Positions 16,052 to 27,418 of a stretch of 64,000 nucleotides of DNA are shown one piece after another. The notes beneath the pieces were generated by a model, which did not search any database, was not told the DNA's origin, and saw only the letters and a list, made by a program, of their open reading frames with translations. The position numbers were made by a program, and so were the translations under genes. Positions within the stretch are counted from its first letter, which is position 1. Every line of letters starts with the position of its first letter. This DNA is from Dimorphilus gyrociliatus (lineage: Eukaryota > Animalia > Annelida): positions 1,284,156 through 1,348,155 of the forward strand of contig CAJFCJ010000013.1 in assembly GCA_904063045.1 (NCBI GenBank), read 5' to 3'.

Positions 16052-19000
16052 AAATTATAAATTAAATAATACAGGTCAGACGAGAGTGTTGAGAATACAA
16101 AAAAGCTAATTTGCTTTTTTTTTAATGACTAGGCTCATTAAGCTCTATTTCTCTTACATTGGACGATGAGGATGGCGGTGTTGGGACTTTATGACTTCGT
16201 ATTTCTTCCTCTTCCTTTTCCTAATATAAACGGAAAAAAATTAAATCAATCAAGTTGATTATGTATTATTATTTCATCTCATTTGTCTGCCAACATTACC
16301 ATTTGGAGTATTTCCATTGCTTTTGCAACATTTAGATCTTCTTGCCTAGCAGCTTCTTCAAGTTCAAGAGCTTTGGCAAGACTATAATCTTCTTCTTCCT
16401 GCCTTCTGGTTAAATTTAGCTCCTGTTGAGCCATTTTAACCGCCTTCCTATCGCTTTTTGGAAAGATTAAAAAAATTTATATTCGTATTGTAAACATGCA
16501 TAAAAAATGACTAACTCTTCGCTTATCGTTGGATCTTCATCGATAGCTTTCATGAGATCCTCTCCAGAATTTTTCATCATCATAAGACCAGCTACAGCTT
16601 CGTATTCTTTCTCCTGCCTTTCTAATGAAGTTAAGTCCGATGAGTAATAATTATTTAAACTGGAATCAATTGAATAACGATTAAAACATTTTAATAATTA
16701 TTATCTAAAGGTTTTTTTTATTAAAACCTTATAGATTCCTCCCCGGCAATTGGTTGAAATTGATGATTTAAATAAATACCAGCTCCAGTCACCGAGAGTG
16801 TTTCCCAAACGATATTCTGACGATCAAGATATCCCTGATCAGTGACGAGAGTGATGAGTTTTCCCTGTTTAAAATTTAATAAAATTTTTCAAATGATTTC
16901 AAAATCCCTTTAATAAAAGGGAGTGGTCTTATTAATCCGCAATAACTTATAATTCAGTTGATGTCATGTCGTTTCTCAGAGTAGTTTTCGTTTATATCGT
17001 TTTCAATATTCAATTAGAGTATGGTTTTGGCTACAAATGTGACGCTATAACGGCTAGTTCTTGCACAAAAGATCTCAATAACGTTATGTTATCATTTTCA
17101 AAATTTACAAATCCTAAATTAATTGAAGAGAAATGCAGGTACAATTTATTTATCTTATTATTTAATATTCGTAAGAAAAATACAAAATTTCTTTATATAT
17201 AAACAAAAAGGGGTCAAATAGTGAGAATGCACGAATCTAAAGCTTGTTTAAGATCAAATTTAAAGAATTGCGAAGATAAATCATTCTTGGATCAACTGCA
17301 GAAAGCTGTTAATAACAAGAGTCCACAATGTCTTTCCGTTGACAAATGTGGGAAATATGTGGAAAAAGCTATGGATCTCTATCAATGTTTCGTTTTCTTT
17401 TCGCACAAATCAATTTGTTCTAAATTCGAAGATGCTATTTCCTGCGCTCTTCCTATTATATCATCGTGTCAAATTTTGGGTCCGTTTGCCGCTTCAATAT
17501 CAAAAAAATTTCAAAAAGCCTTAAAGGGAACCTGTCCAAACGCTAAAATACCTTCTGAATTCTCCCTCAGTTCAAAGGTGTTTGAAAGAGAGCTCCTAAC
17601 TTGTAAAGATACCCTTAACCATAATAATAATATAAAAAAATGTCGTACTAAATTCGATGTTACAATGAAAGATGCCTATCAGGAAAGTAACAATTTGGAG
17701 TTTTATTGTATAGCCGCCTACGAGCTTATTGAATGTATGTTTAACGAAGCTATCGATTGTCCAATAATGGATAAATATTTGGAGATATCAACCTACAGTT
17801 ATATGGTTTTAATGAAACCGTTTTGCGGTAATTTTACAAGTAAGCTATCTAAATAAAACTTATTTATTTATATAAATAAATCTGTCCATTTTCCAAGATC
17901 CAACCGAAAATGAATGCAATATTTTAAGCGTTTCCGAAGCCTTAAGAGAAATTTTAAAGGAAAAAAATTCATACGAAGATGATAAACCAAAAGGCGCCAG
18001 AGAGATATTGAAATTATCAAATTTTGAAATATTTGACTTATGCGGGTACAGTACAATAAATAATAATAATATAAAAAGATAGAATAAATCTATCATTTTT
18101 GTTTTCAATTGAAATATATAACGTTTTTATAATAAAATAAAAAACAATTTTAGCCGTCTAACAAACGCCAAAACGAGAGAATTCGGTAGAAATCTAAACT
18201 TGGAAAAATGCCCTATTAGAGTTAAAAAATTGGCGAATTATACTCAGGAATACGTCGATGTAACATTGGGATACTGTCGATCATTAGAAAGTAACAAATT
18301 TTATATGCATATATAAATATATACATATTAATAAAGTGTTACGATTGTTGTTCTATTCGGTTACAGCTTGTTATAATCGAAATAAAGAAATTGATTATTT
18401 AGAGACCTGCATAAATGGTATAGTAGTCAATCAAACAACGGATGGAGATTATTGTAAAGCTGTAGAAATGGTTTTGGATTGTTTAGCCGAGACAAAATGT
18501 CAAGAAGTAGCCAATTTTTATAAATTTATCAATAAAATGGAAATACAATCGGGAATAAGCAAATGCTTCAACGACAGTAAATTACATACAAAGCTCCTCA
18601 TTAGCATATCTGATATAAGCCGTTGGTATTAATTTATATAATTCTTAGTAATATTAATTATAATATAAATTGCTTATTCTGTTATTATTTACTTTTTATT
18701 TAAATAGATTGTAATAGTTACTTGGATGATTTAGCAAATCTTCATTATTGTTCAGAGAAATTTTTTGCATCATCCTTCACAAACGTTACTGAAGCGGATT
18801 ATATATGCCGGTAATTAGTATCTACAAAACGTGTTTGACCTTTTCTGATTATAAATTATCTAAAAATATATTAATCTTCTCCCATCTAGAAACTCTAAGA
18901 AATTTACCGATTGTATTGGTACGACAAATTGTAAATTTATAAAAACCCATATTGATTTCTTTATGCAACGATATAATATGGAAAAAGCTTGTTTACAAAT

Positions 19001-19515
19001 AATATCTAAATCAGGTAATCTTATTTTATTATAAATAGTATACATTTTATTAATATTTTCCTCTTTTTTTTTTACTTATCCCCCTTCCTAAAGATAAACC
19101 CTCCTACAATATCCTACTATTAATAATTGTTCCATTTGTACTATCTCTTCACGTATAAGTTACGATAAGAAAATGAATGTTTTAGTAACTTACCTGCGAT
19201 TTAGTAATAGTCGAAAAATGATTATTTCTAAATAGCACCGCAATTTCCTCTTCCATCATTGTTTCTCTAATTTTACTTAGACCATAATCAGTGATTTGAG
19301 CCGAATTGTCTAGCATCCATTGATTAGTAGCAATTCCTATTTTAAATAATTTGCACAATCAATAAATAAGATAAAAAATAAAAAAAGTCACATATATTCA
19401 TACTTGATTCAATATTTTCGCCATTATCTTCCTCTCTCATCATTTTTTCGCATATTTCTTCATATCTAGTGAGGTAATTAATATTCAAAAGGTAGCATCA
19501 TTTTACTATTATATC

Positions 19516-19556
<41 letters not shown>

Positions 19557-20475
19557 AAATGTATTACGATAGAGTTCCAATGTAATTTTGAACTAATGGG
19601 TTTGTTGGAGGCACAATCCATCCGTGATAAATATGAATGCCAAACACTTTAAATGGAGCTAATTCAGAACAGTCAAGGAAATCTTTTACCCTGTATATAG
19701 AACAAAGCATAAAAACAAACAAAAAAAGGTTGTTAGTGATGAACTCTAAATTACCCGAGAAATTGTGGAGAAACATTAACTCCTTTCTCTAACTTGGATA
19801 AATTACTCAAGCATTCTGCAATTTTTTGAGGTGGAAATGTCTTTCCCATGTCGTCCTAATGAATGTATTTCTTTAGTATAATTTTTCCAATTGTAATATT
19901 AATAATTAATGTTTTTATAATTACGGCATATTCTGATGTAACAGCAGTAGCTAGAAGCTCAATTATATAGGACGATGTAATTAAGTCTTCCTTAGAGTCA
20001 AGAGTTAGGAAACCTATTTTTAAAGTAAAGATAAGAAAAAAAGAAGAAATGGATCAACTTTCAACTATAGAGAAATGTAACCTTTCAAAATGCAACAGTT
20101 CATGAGTGATATTAGTGGACAAGGCCCATTTTCATTTTGTGTAACAATTTTCAGCGGTCCTTTACCAAAAGTGTTTGATATAGACTTCAGGTAGTAGGTT
20201 GCTGGCTTATCATCTGGAAGTATTTCTCATGACTAAGTTATATTTACTTTCAAGTTAGACAGATACGTTATATAAGATAAAACGCCACAGTTTCCAAGAA
20301 AACTAAAATTAGTTTTAATATAAATCGATACATTATATGTAGTTGATATTTTAAAACGTTGTAGATATATTTATTTTATTTCGCAATATGAAATATCAGC
20401 AACGAAAAGAAAGGTCTACACGAAAATACGATTATTATGTAAAATTTGTATTTATTTACCTGCTAGCTTTGCCAT
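15788..20475 (-). CDS. MINDY1: MINDY1/2 (FAM63) K48 deubiquitinase with MIU-like motifs and C-terminal CaaX; hosts a nested gene in intron 16865-19193
   Basis: Not in the ORF track as a unit. Exons assemble to MAKLA|DDKPATYYLK...VTQNENGPCPLISLMN (catalytic Q/C), YHGW, LFRNNHFSTITKSQ (catalytic H) | GKLITLVTDQGYL...VWETL, QEEEDYSLAKALELEE and final NCTIL*. MINDY1 versus MINDY2 is not resolvable. Confidence 0.9.
16966..19158 (+). CDS. Nested secreted cysteine-rich repeat protein with a hydrophobic (GPI-type) C-terminus, about 535 aa, 8 exons
   Basis: Exons 16966-17138, 17211-17827, 17898-18045, 18154-18290, 18337-18576, 18708-18810, 18890-19014 and 19094-19158. All junctions are GT-AG with compatible phases, totalling 1608 nt. 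It has a signal peptide (MSFLRVVFVYIVFNIQLEYGFG), repeated Cys-spaced helical modules and a tail NILLLIIVPFVLSLHV*. Confidence 0.75.
19521..19554. repeat. (AT)n microsatellite in a MINDY intron
   Basis: About 17 AT units. Confidence 0.9.
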
Positions 20476-21642
20476 TACTGATTGATTAGCTCTGCAACGA
20501 ATTTTAAAATTACTCTTGTAACAGATGCTCTTCGTATGCCTGAGAAAATGTAACGATTACAGTTTAAATTCATATATTTCTACTCTTTCGATTCGCTTTA
20601 TACTATCTCAGCCGGAAACGAATCTCGTTGTGACAAACAACGGCGCTGGCTCTCAGTCTAGACTTTATTTTGTTTGCGAGCAGCATCATTATTTAACATG
20701 CGCAAGATTTCTCTATTACTATAGACTACCCATTAAAAAATTACTCACTTTTTCTGTATAATCATCAGTAAAAATATAGGTCATTAAATAATAAAAGTAA
20801 CATATAAAATAATTGGATGATATTCAATCTGCTTTAGCCTAGAAAGTAGCCTGTATAAATAAAATAGTAAACTCTATCGCAACTAGACGTCTACGTATCA
20901 AAAAGGAAGGAAAGGACAATGCACAAGCGAACAATTCTCTTATTTCTTTAGTGTTTATTATACGAGATAATGACTTTTTTCTTTGTGTCTTTTGAAGAAT
21001 TGTAATTTTCTCCACAGATTAACAGTTATCAACTATCAGAGTAAAACAAATTACATATAAGTATCCTCTCTTTTAAACCTTAACTAACTTCTTTTTTAAC
21101 CTCCTTTTAGGACAGACGTCTAGATTCTCTCTTTTAAAGTAAATTTTTAACATTCTGCACATTTTTCCGTCCAGAAAAACAATACTTTTAAAGGCTGAAA
21201 TAACGTAAAAACGGTTAATATTATGAAGGGGAAAAAAGAATTTTTCGTCAATGTTTTATCGTAGAAAAACGAAAGAAAATAGCATTTTATGTTGTTGAAA
21301 GAAGCATATTTATTAAAATTATTAGATGTTCTATAAATACATTAATCAACTTAAAAGAATTGTTCGAAATTACCAGTAATTTACCACCAAGTGTGTTTTA
21401 ATTATATTTCTGTCCAACTTTGTAATAAAACATAATCTTTATGACTATCATTTATTTTTTAAGAATAACAACTTTTTAAAGTGGTATTTGAATTAAGCGC
21501 GGTTCTTTTATTTTTTCGGTAGTATACCTGGTAGTACTCTAAAATTTTACTAATATATTTAGAATATTCACTTCACGTGTTTTTCAACGCAAGCTCTATT
21601 ATTTCTTTATATTAATTTTAAAACGACAAGCAACATCATAAA

Positions 21643-22723
21643 ATGGCTCTAAATACTTGGAGATTTGCTTTGGGATGTGGTATGCGTGCTTTGGGCAACA
21701 GTGGCATTAAAACAGTTCCAAAAGTTAGAAACTTCAGCCTATCCGCATGGGCTTTCGCAGACAGTTTTACTGCAAGGTCATCATGGAATTTCATCACGAA
21801 GAGAACACCGATCCTTAGTTCAAAATTCGGCCATAGTCGCGGTATTCAAACTGATGGTGAATCATTTAATAGAATATAGAATTGTCTTAATTCATCAAAA
21901 AATATTTTCAATATCGTTCAGGTGATAGAGCCTTCATCGATGTTTTACAGTCCGAAATTGAGCTTGAAAAGAAACAAGGAAATATTCCACTAAAATTCAA
22001 TGAAGAAGGATTCAAAGTGGAGTTTGACGACGCTTTGGTAACTCTGACAAAGAATGAAAATGGAGAAAAGTAAATGTCATTAGTATTTCTCTTTGAGTTG
22101 AGCTAAAATTGAATATCATTACAGAATCGTCGTCAAATTTTCTATCAATAATTCTACAGTTGAAGATGATTCCGGTAATATTAAATCTCGATACTAACAA
22201 CCATTTTCAAGTAACTCTAATTATTTTTTTATTATTTTTAGATGCAAATGCCAGCGAAAAGGCTGACGATTCCTTGGCAGATAATTTGGTCTCTAAGCCA
22301 GCTTTTGTCGTCAGTATAACAAAAAGTAATGGGTATACAATCTCGCTAAGGTGCGTATTCCCACAATATGATGTGCCAGCGGATTATGCTGAACAATCTA
22401 ATGAGGAAGGTATATGAGAAATGAGTTTTTTTCAACAATACTAAAATGATTGTATTCATTATTGCACTTTTTTTGAAATAGATATAATTGAAATTAGCGA
22501 GGTGACGGTGCTGAAGAATGATGTCGAATGGGAGGAGAATGCTTTCGTTGTTGAAGGAGCAGCATTGGATGGAGTTGTCTACGATTACCTTCTTGGAGTG
22601 CTAAATGACAGAGGAATCGATCTTTCATTCGCTGAAAATCTCATCGAGTTCAGTACGAATTATGAACACAAGAAATATATTGAATTCCTTGAGAATTTAC
22701 AACATTTTGCCAAATCTAAATAA
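21643..22723 (+). CDS. C1QBP: C1QBP/p32 (MAM33 family) mitochondrial acidic matrix protein, 4 exons
   Basis: Presequence, then GDRAFIDVLQSEIELEK, SKPAFVVSITK, and LDGVVYDYLLGVLNDRGIDLSFAENLIEFSTNYEHKKYIEFLENLQHF. Confidence 0.93.
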
Positions 22724-22885
22724 ATTTTACATTTGAAAAATGGAAAATCAACTTTGTAATAAGATAGTTGCAAATAAAGACTGAACTCAACAAATTGCGG
22801 TATTTTTAAAACGGCTTTCTATGTAATTTTAGTGTTTCGCAAATTGTTATCGCATAGATGGAGCTAACGAAAGAGAACTAAATAA

Positions 22886-22895
22886 GATGGCGCTA
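22886..22895 (+). promoter_or_regulatory. GATGGCGCTA CTCF-like motif (copy 4; about 90 bp upstream of the RNFT ATG)
   Basis: Exact 10-mer recurrence. Confidence 0.55.
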
Positions 22896-22986
22896 GCATA
22901 GTAGAATAGTTGGAAAATAACTAGCAGACGAAATTTTTTCGAAAGAGGATTTGTATTAAGCTTTAAGAAAATTAAGAGAACTAAAC

Positions 22987-24401
22987 ATGTCAACATCGAG
23001 TAATCATTCCATGGTCAGTTAGACGAAATATATAAGAAAACCTAAGATAATCTAGAATATTTTTTATTAGCCAGAGGAAATAAGTATTTCTTTCATGAAT
23101 GAATCAACGAAAAATTGTAATCTTCCCTTTGATTTGCATACTCCAAAAGACAAAACGGACCAAAATTCTCAAGCAGAATCATACAAATCATTATGGCAAA
23201 AAATTTCAAAGATGCATACTTTTTTACCAATTGTCCTCCTCCTACTCATTTTTTGTTTGTTAATCGGAAAACGCAATGATATCTCTTTTTCTCTCTTTAC
23301 TATTAAATTAATCAATCTTTTTGACATTTCAAGAATATATATTAATGATAAAGATAAAGTGTATCCGATGAACATACATAAACAGCCTTAAAATTATTAA
23401 GTGAATACTTTAGTTGGGTAATAGTTTTACTTTGCGTATTTTTGACGCAAACTGAATGTCAAAGAACAATTGTTGCTCATTGTATGACAAGCAGGAGACA
23501 GAAGATATTAAAAGAATCTTTAGAATGTTTATTTTATTTACTTCTACAAATATTTTACCTTGCAGCTGTTATGATTCTTTTCATATTTGTATTGAAAAAT
23601 GAGGGGTATCATAAATGCTTTATATTTCAATTGGATTCTCAGCCGAACGATTTGGCCAAAGTATTTTGGACAGTAATACTGCTGGATTGTACATTAAAAT
23701 TTGGATCTATTTTATTTAAAACCATTACGATCTCAATGCCCGATAAGTTATGGCCGATGAGAAATCGAATAGTTATACTAAAATTTGCTACTGATCTGTT
23801 TTATTTATATCGCTCTGCTGTTCCTTTCCGAGTATGGATGAGTTTTTTCTTTAAATCAGGAACGGGAATTGATTATTTTTTATTAAATATCTATTGTATT
23901 ATCAAGGTAATTTATATTTATACTTCCTATATACAGAATAGCTCTTAAATTTTTCGACAGGCATTCGATATTCTAACAACCATTGGAATAGTATTTAAAG
24001 ACATGAAGTTACTATTTAAAGGATTGGTACGTCATTAATTTGTATTAATCTATAAAATAATTGACATTTTATAAGTTTTCTTCTTCTTTTATAGGGAATA
24101 TTTCCGATTGATAACCCGACAACAAGCAATATTGACTGTCCAATGTGCCTTAGACCTTGTCCACAACGTCCAGTTATACTACCATGTGACGTACGTCAAA
24201 CTTAATCTTATTACATTTACTATTGCTTTCTTCTTTATTAAATTTTTTTTCTATTAATATTCCTTTCTTTAGCATTCATTCTGTCAAAGTTGCCTTGTTA
24301 TTTGGTTCGATAGCGAGCGAAACTGTCCAGTGTGTTCCAAGAAATGTATTTCGAATCCACTCAATATGATAGATTATTCTGATGGCATCATCTGTATATG
24401 A
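22987..24401 (+). CDS. RNFT2: RING finger and transmembrane domain E3 ligase (RNFT1/RNFT2-like)
   Basis: A multi-TM region (VFWTVILLDCTLKF...YRSAVPFRVW) precedes a C3HC4 RING built from two exons: CPMC...LPCD|HSFCQSCLVIWFDSERNCPVC. RNFT1 versus RNFT2 is unresolved and internal 5' exon boundaries are approximate. Confidence 0.8.
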
Positions 24402-24549
24402 ATATTTTTAATAATACATTAAAACTTTTAATTATAAGCAATAAAACATATTTTTAAAGTAATAAACACATTTTTTAAACACCGCCAAAAGTTTTCGAAA
24501 AATTGTCTGCTCGAAACACGTGAAAACGGGTACAAACTAGGGAAGAAAA

Positions 24550-26250
24550 ATGCAGTCGTGGCCGTCTACCTTTCAAAGAATTTTATTCTTCTTTTTTTGT
24601 ACACTAGGAATTGTGGCATCAGTATACGCATTTTATGTAGAACATGCAAAGTCTCTTAATCCCAGTTATGAAGCAACCTGCGACATCAATCAAAGCATCA
24701 GCTGTTCAAAAGTATTTTTATCTAGGTAAGAAAAGCCTCTATTATCGCCCTCTCCGGCGATCCTTACAAAGAGGTGTTTTTTAAATGTAATTTTCTTTGA
24801 TAGATGGCTCTTGTTTTATTTAATTTATCAGGGGTTAAATTAAGTACAATAAGGATTATTAATCTCGCTAATTCCGGTTTGAGATCTTATTAGATAAATG
24901 ATATTGAAACTAGGAACATTCCAAAGTCAGTCGTTATCTAAGGAACATCTCTGATTAGATTATACTTTGAAATTTCAGATTACTTATAATACACCCTCAT
25001 TGTTATTTAATTAATTTACTTCTTCAGAAAATCTTTTTTGGGAAGCTAAGATAGCTATCTATTTGAAAGTAATAAAAGATATTTATTTGTTTACAAAAGA
25101 AAATATTTACTAAAGCTTCGTGAAGACTACACACGCATATGATAAAAATAGAAGGATAAAAATGATCATAAATAAGGAAAATACTTAAATATTTATAATT
25201 CTTTAGGATGAATTAATTCTGTATTAACATTTTACTTAAGCTATTAATATTACTACATATTGTTATGTCACATCGTAAAATTTTGTGCAGATCTTGAAAA
25301 AAAAACCTTTCCATTAGTTCTATTTTTATCCTCTTAGATATCAAAAAATGATAGAGTTTGCGGCTGAAAATATGTCGCAAATATATATATTCCAAAGGAT
25401 AAAGTTTCTTTCTGCCGATGAAGCATCAAAACAATCAAATTAAATATTGTTGTATTATGCGGCGTATACTATTTTCTTTTCACTGCTTTATAGGTATAAT
25501 ATACTGTACAAATTTATATATATATATATAACATTGTATATACATACTGTATATATTCTGTATATTTTCTACTCATGAAGAATCGGAATAATCTGACTTT
25601 ATACTAGCACTTGAAGTACTTCAAGACAAAATTGATCTCGGAAAAAATACTTTCATCATTTTTAGAATTATTCGAAAGAACTATATCGATGGAATATAAT
25701 TATTATGTTTTCTCCTTTATTGTTTGTTTTACTCTTTACTCTTATCGTCAACTCTTCATTTACTATTTTCATTGAGAAAATTTAAAAATTTTTTAAATAT
25801 ATATCATGTCGTTTCAGATACGGGCGAGGTTTTGGATTACTACAATTTTTTATTGGCGATGATCACGCACTAAACCAACCAAATAGTGTTTTTGGATTAT
25901 TTTTCTATATTTTCCAATTAATAGCAGGTATTCTATTATTTAAATATACTGTATATTGTACATACTTAATTGTCTAAGCTATAATCGTTATTTCTTCAAT
26001 TTATAATTTTTTTTTAGGTATTCTTCCCTATAAATTAGGTGTTGTTTTTCAAGTCTCAAGTTCAGTATTGGCAAACATAGGAACTATATGGCTTGCTTAT
26101 ATATTAGCATATGTTCTTAAAGATATATGCGTTGTTTGCTTTACAATATATGTTGTAAACTTTTCTATTCTTTTGTTAACCTATTCAAGATGGAGGAATT
26201 TCGGAGAAAGGACAATGAAAAAAGCTAAAAAAAGAGTGAAAAAAGATTAA
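24550..26250 (+). CDS. VKORC1: Vitamin K epoxide reductase complex subunit 1 (VKORC1/VKORC1L1), 3 exons
   Basis: [20 protein letters not shown]|YGRGFGL...LNQPNSVFG|...ICVVCFTIY (CxxC active site), with a basic C-terminus. Confidence 0.92.
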
Positions 26251-27340
26251 GAGGTTGTTATTACAAACTTGAACATTTTAACAGAAACGGCTTTTAATAA
26301 ATATTTATTGATTGTTAATGTCACGTTTATTATGAATGTGTATGTATTTGATATCTATATCTATATATATATACAGCATATATATTTGTATATATATATG
26401 TATATTTATATCCATACAAGTTTGATTAATTAAACAATATCAATGATTGTTGATTTATGAACAATTTATTGAAAATGCATAATTTTTAGTTTTTTTTATC
26501 AATTCAAATTATAAATGAAGCTTGTGTTAGATTTATTATAAGTTTTGTTGAGAGTTTTTTCAAGTTTATTGCGTAATGAAAGGAGATAAAAAAGACCTTT
26601 GAGCCTTTTGACGCCTTAGGCGTTTGAGCAGCGATGATACTCTTTACTAGAAATCTCATATTCTCGAGACACTCTTTAAATTTAGTCCCTTTCAACATTA
26701 TAATACCCATCAATCTTGTTCATGACGTCACCACCCTAAATTGCAAAGTAACAAATTTTCTTTATGGTTACTATAGTTTTTAAGAAAACAAAAAATAATT
26801 ATCTTATTATTTTACATAAGAAATTCTTAGGAACGTTAAGGAAAAGAAGAAATCACTTAATCTTATAAAGTTGACAAAGTAAACAAAGAATAGGTTTAAA
26901 CTGTAAATTATAACGTATATTCGATAGTTTAAGCTATTCTATATAGTTTAAACATCTATATTGAATTTATTGATATTACTATACTTGTCCTTAATCAAAG
27001 TATAAATAAGATTTTGAGTACATTAACTGCTTTTAATACGATTTTTCTAGGAAGCATATTAGAATAAATGCCTATTCGACAAAAGAATTTAAACAAATCA
27101 CTTCAATTGTTCATTTGACTACTTTGAAAACGTCATATATGAAAATTAATATAGTTTATATACTATATTTCTGCTATTATTTATTTCAAGTGTGGGGAAA
27201 ATATGAGAAGGAAACAGAAGAAAAAAAGTGAAGAGCGAGAGAGAAAGAGAGATCTTTATGATTTTTTTTTTAAAGTTAATTATATAGTAATGCTATTACT
27301 TATGGAAACAGGAGGGGGAGAAGTTGTGAATATATATAGA

Positions 27341-27367
27341 TGACGTCACTAGGCGGTAGGGTATAAG
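27341..27367 (+). promoter_or_regulatory. Perfect CRE palindrome (TGACGTCA) followed by a TATA-like box upstream of the GPCR
   Basis: TGACGTCA at 27341-27348 and TATAAG at 27362-27367, about 50-80 bp before the GPCR ATG. Confidence 0.5.
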
Positions 27368-27418
27368 ACGTGCAGAAGTCGATAGTTAGTCGGCTTCTTC
27401 TGACGGTACTTTTCCCTG

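Noticed and set aside
17221-18632. Treating ORFs 16966, 17221 and 18336 as separate tandem genes
   Set aside because: Intervening exons join all of them in phase into one gene with a single signal peptide and tail.
26504-26713. 69-aa minus-strand ORF downstream of VKORC1
   Set aside because: No motif or supporting exons; cannot be distinguished from chance.
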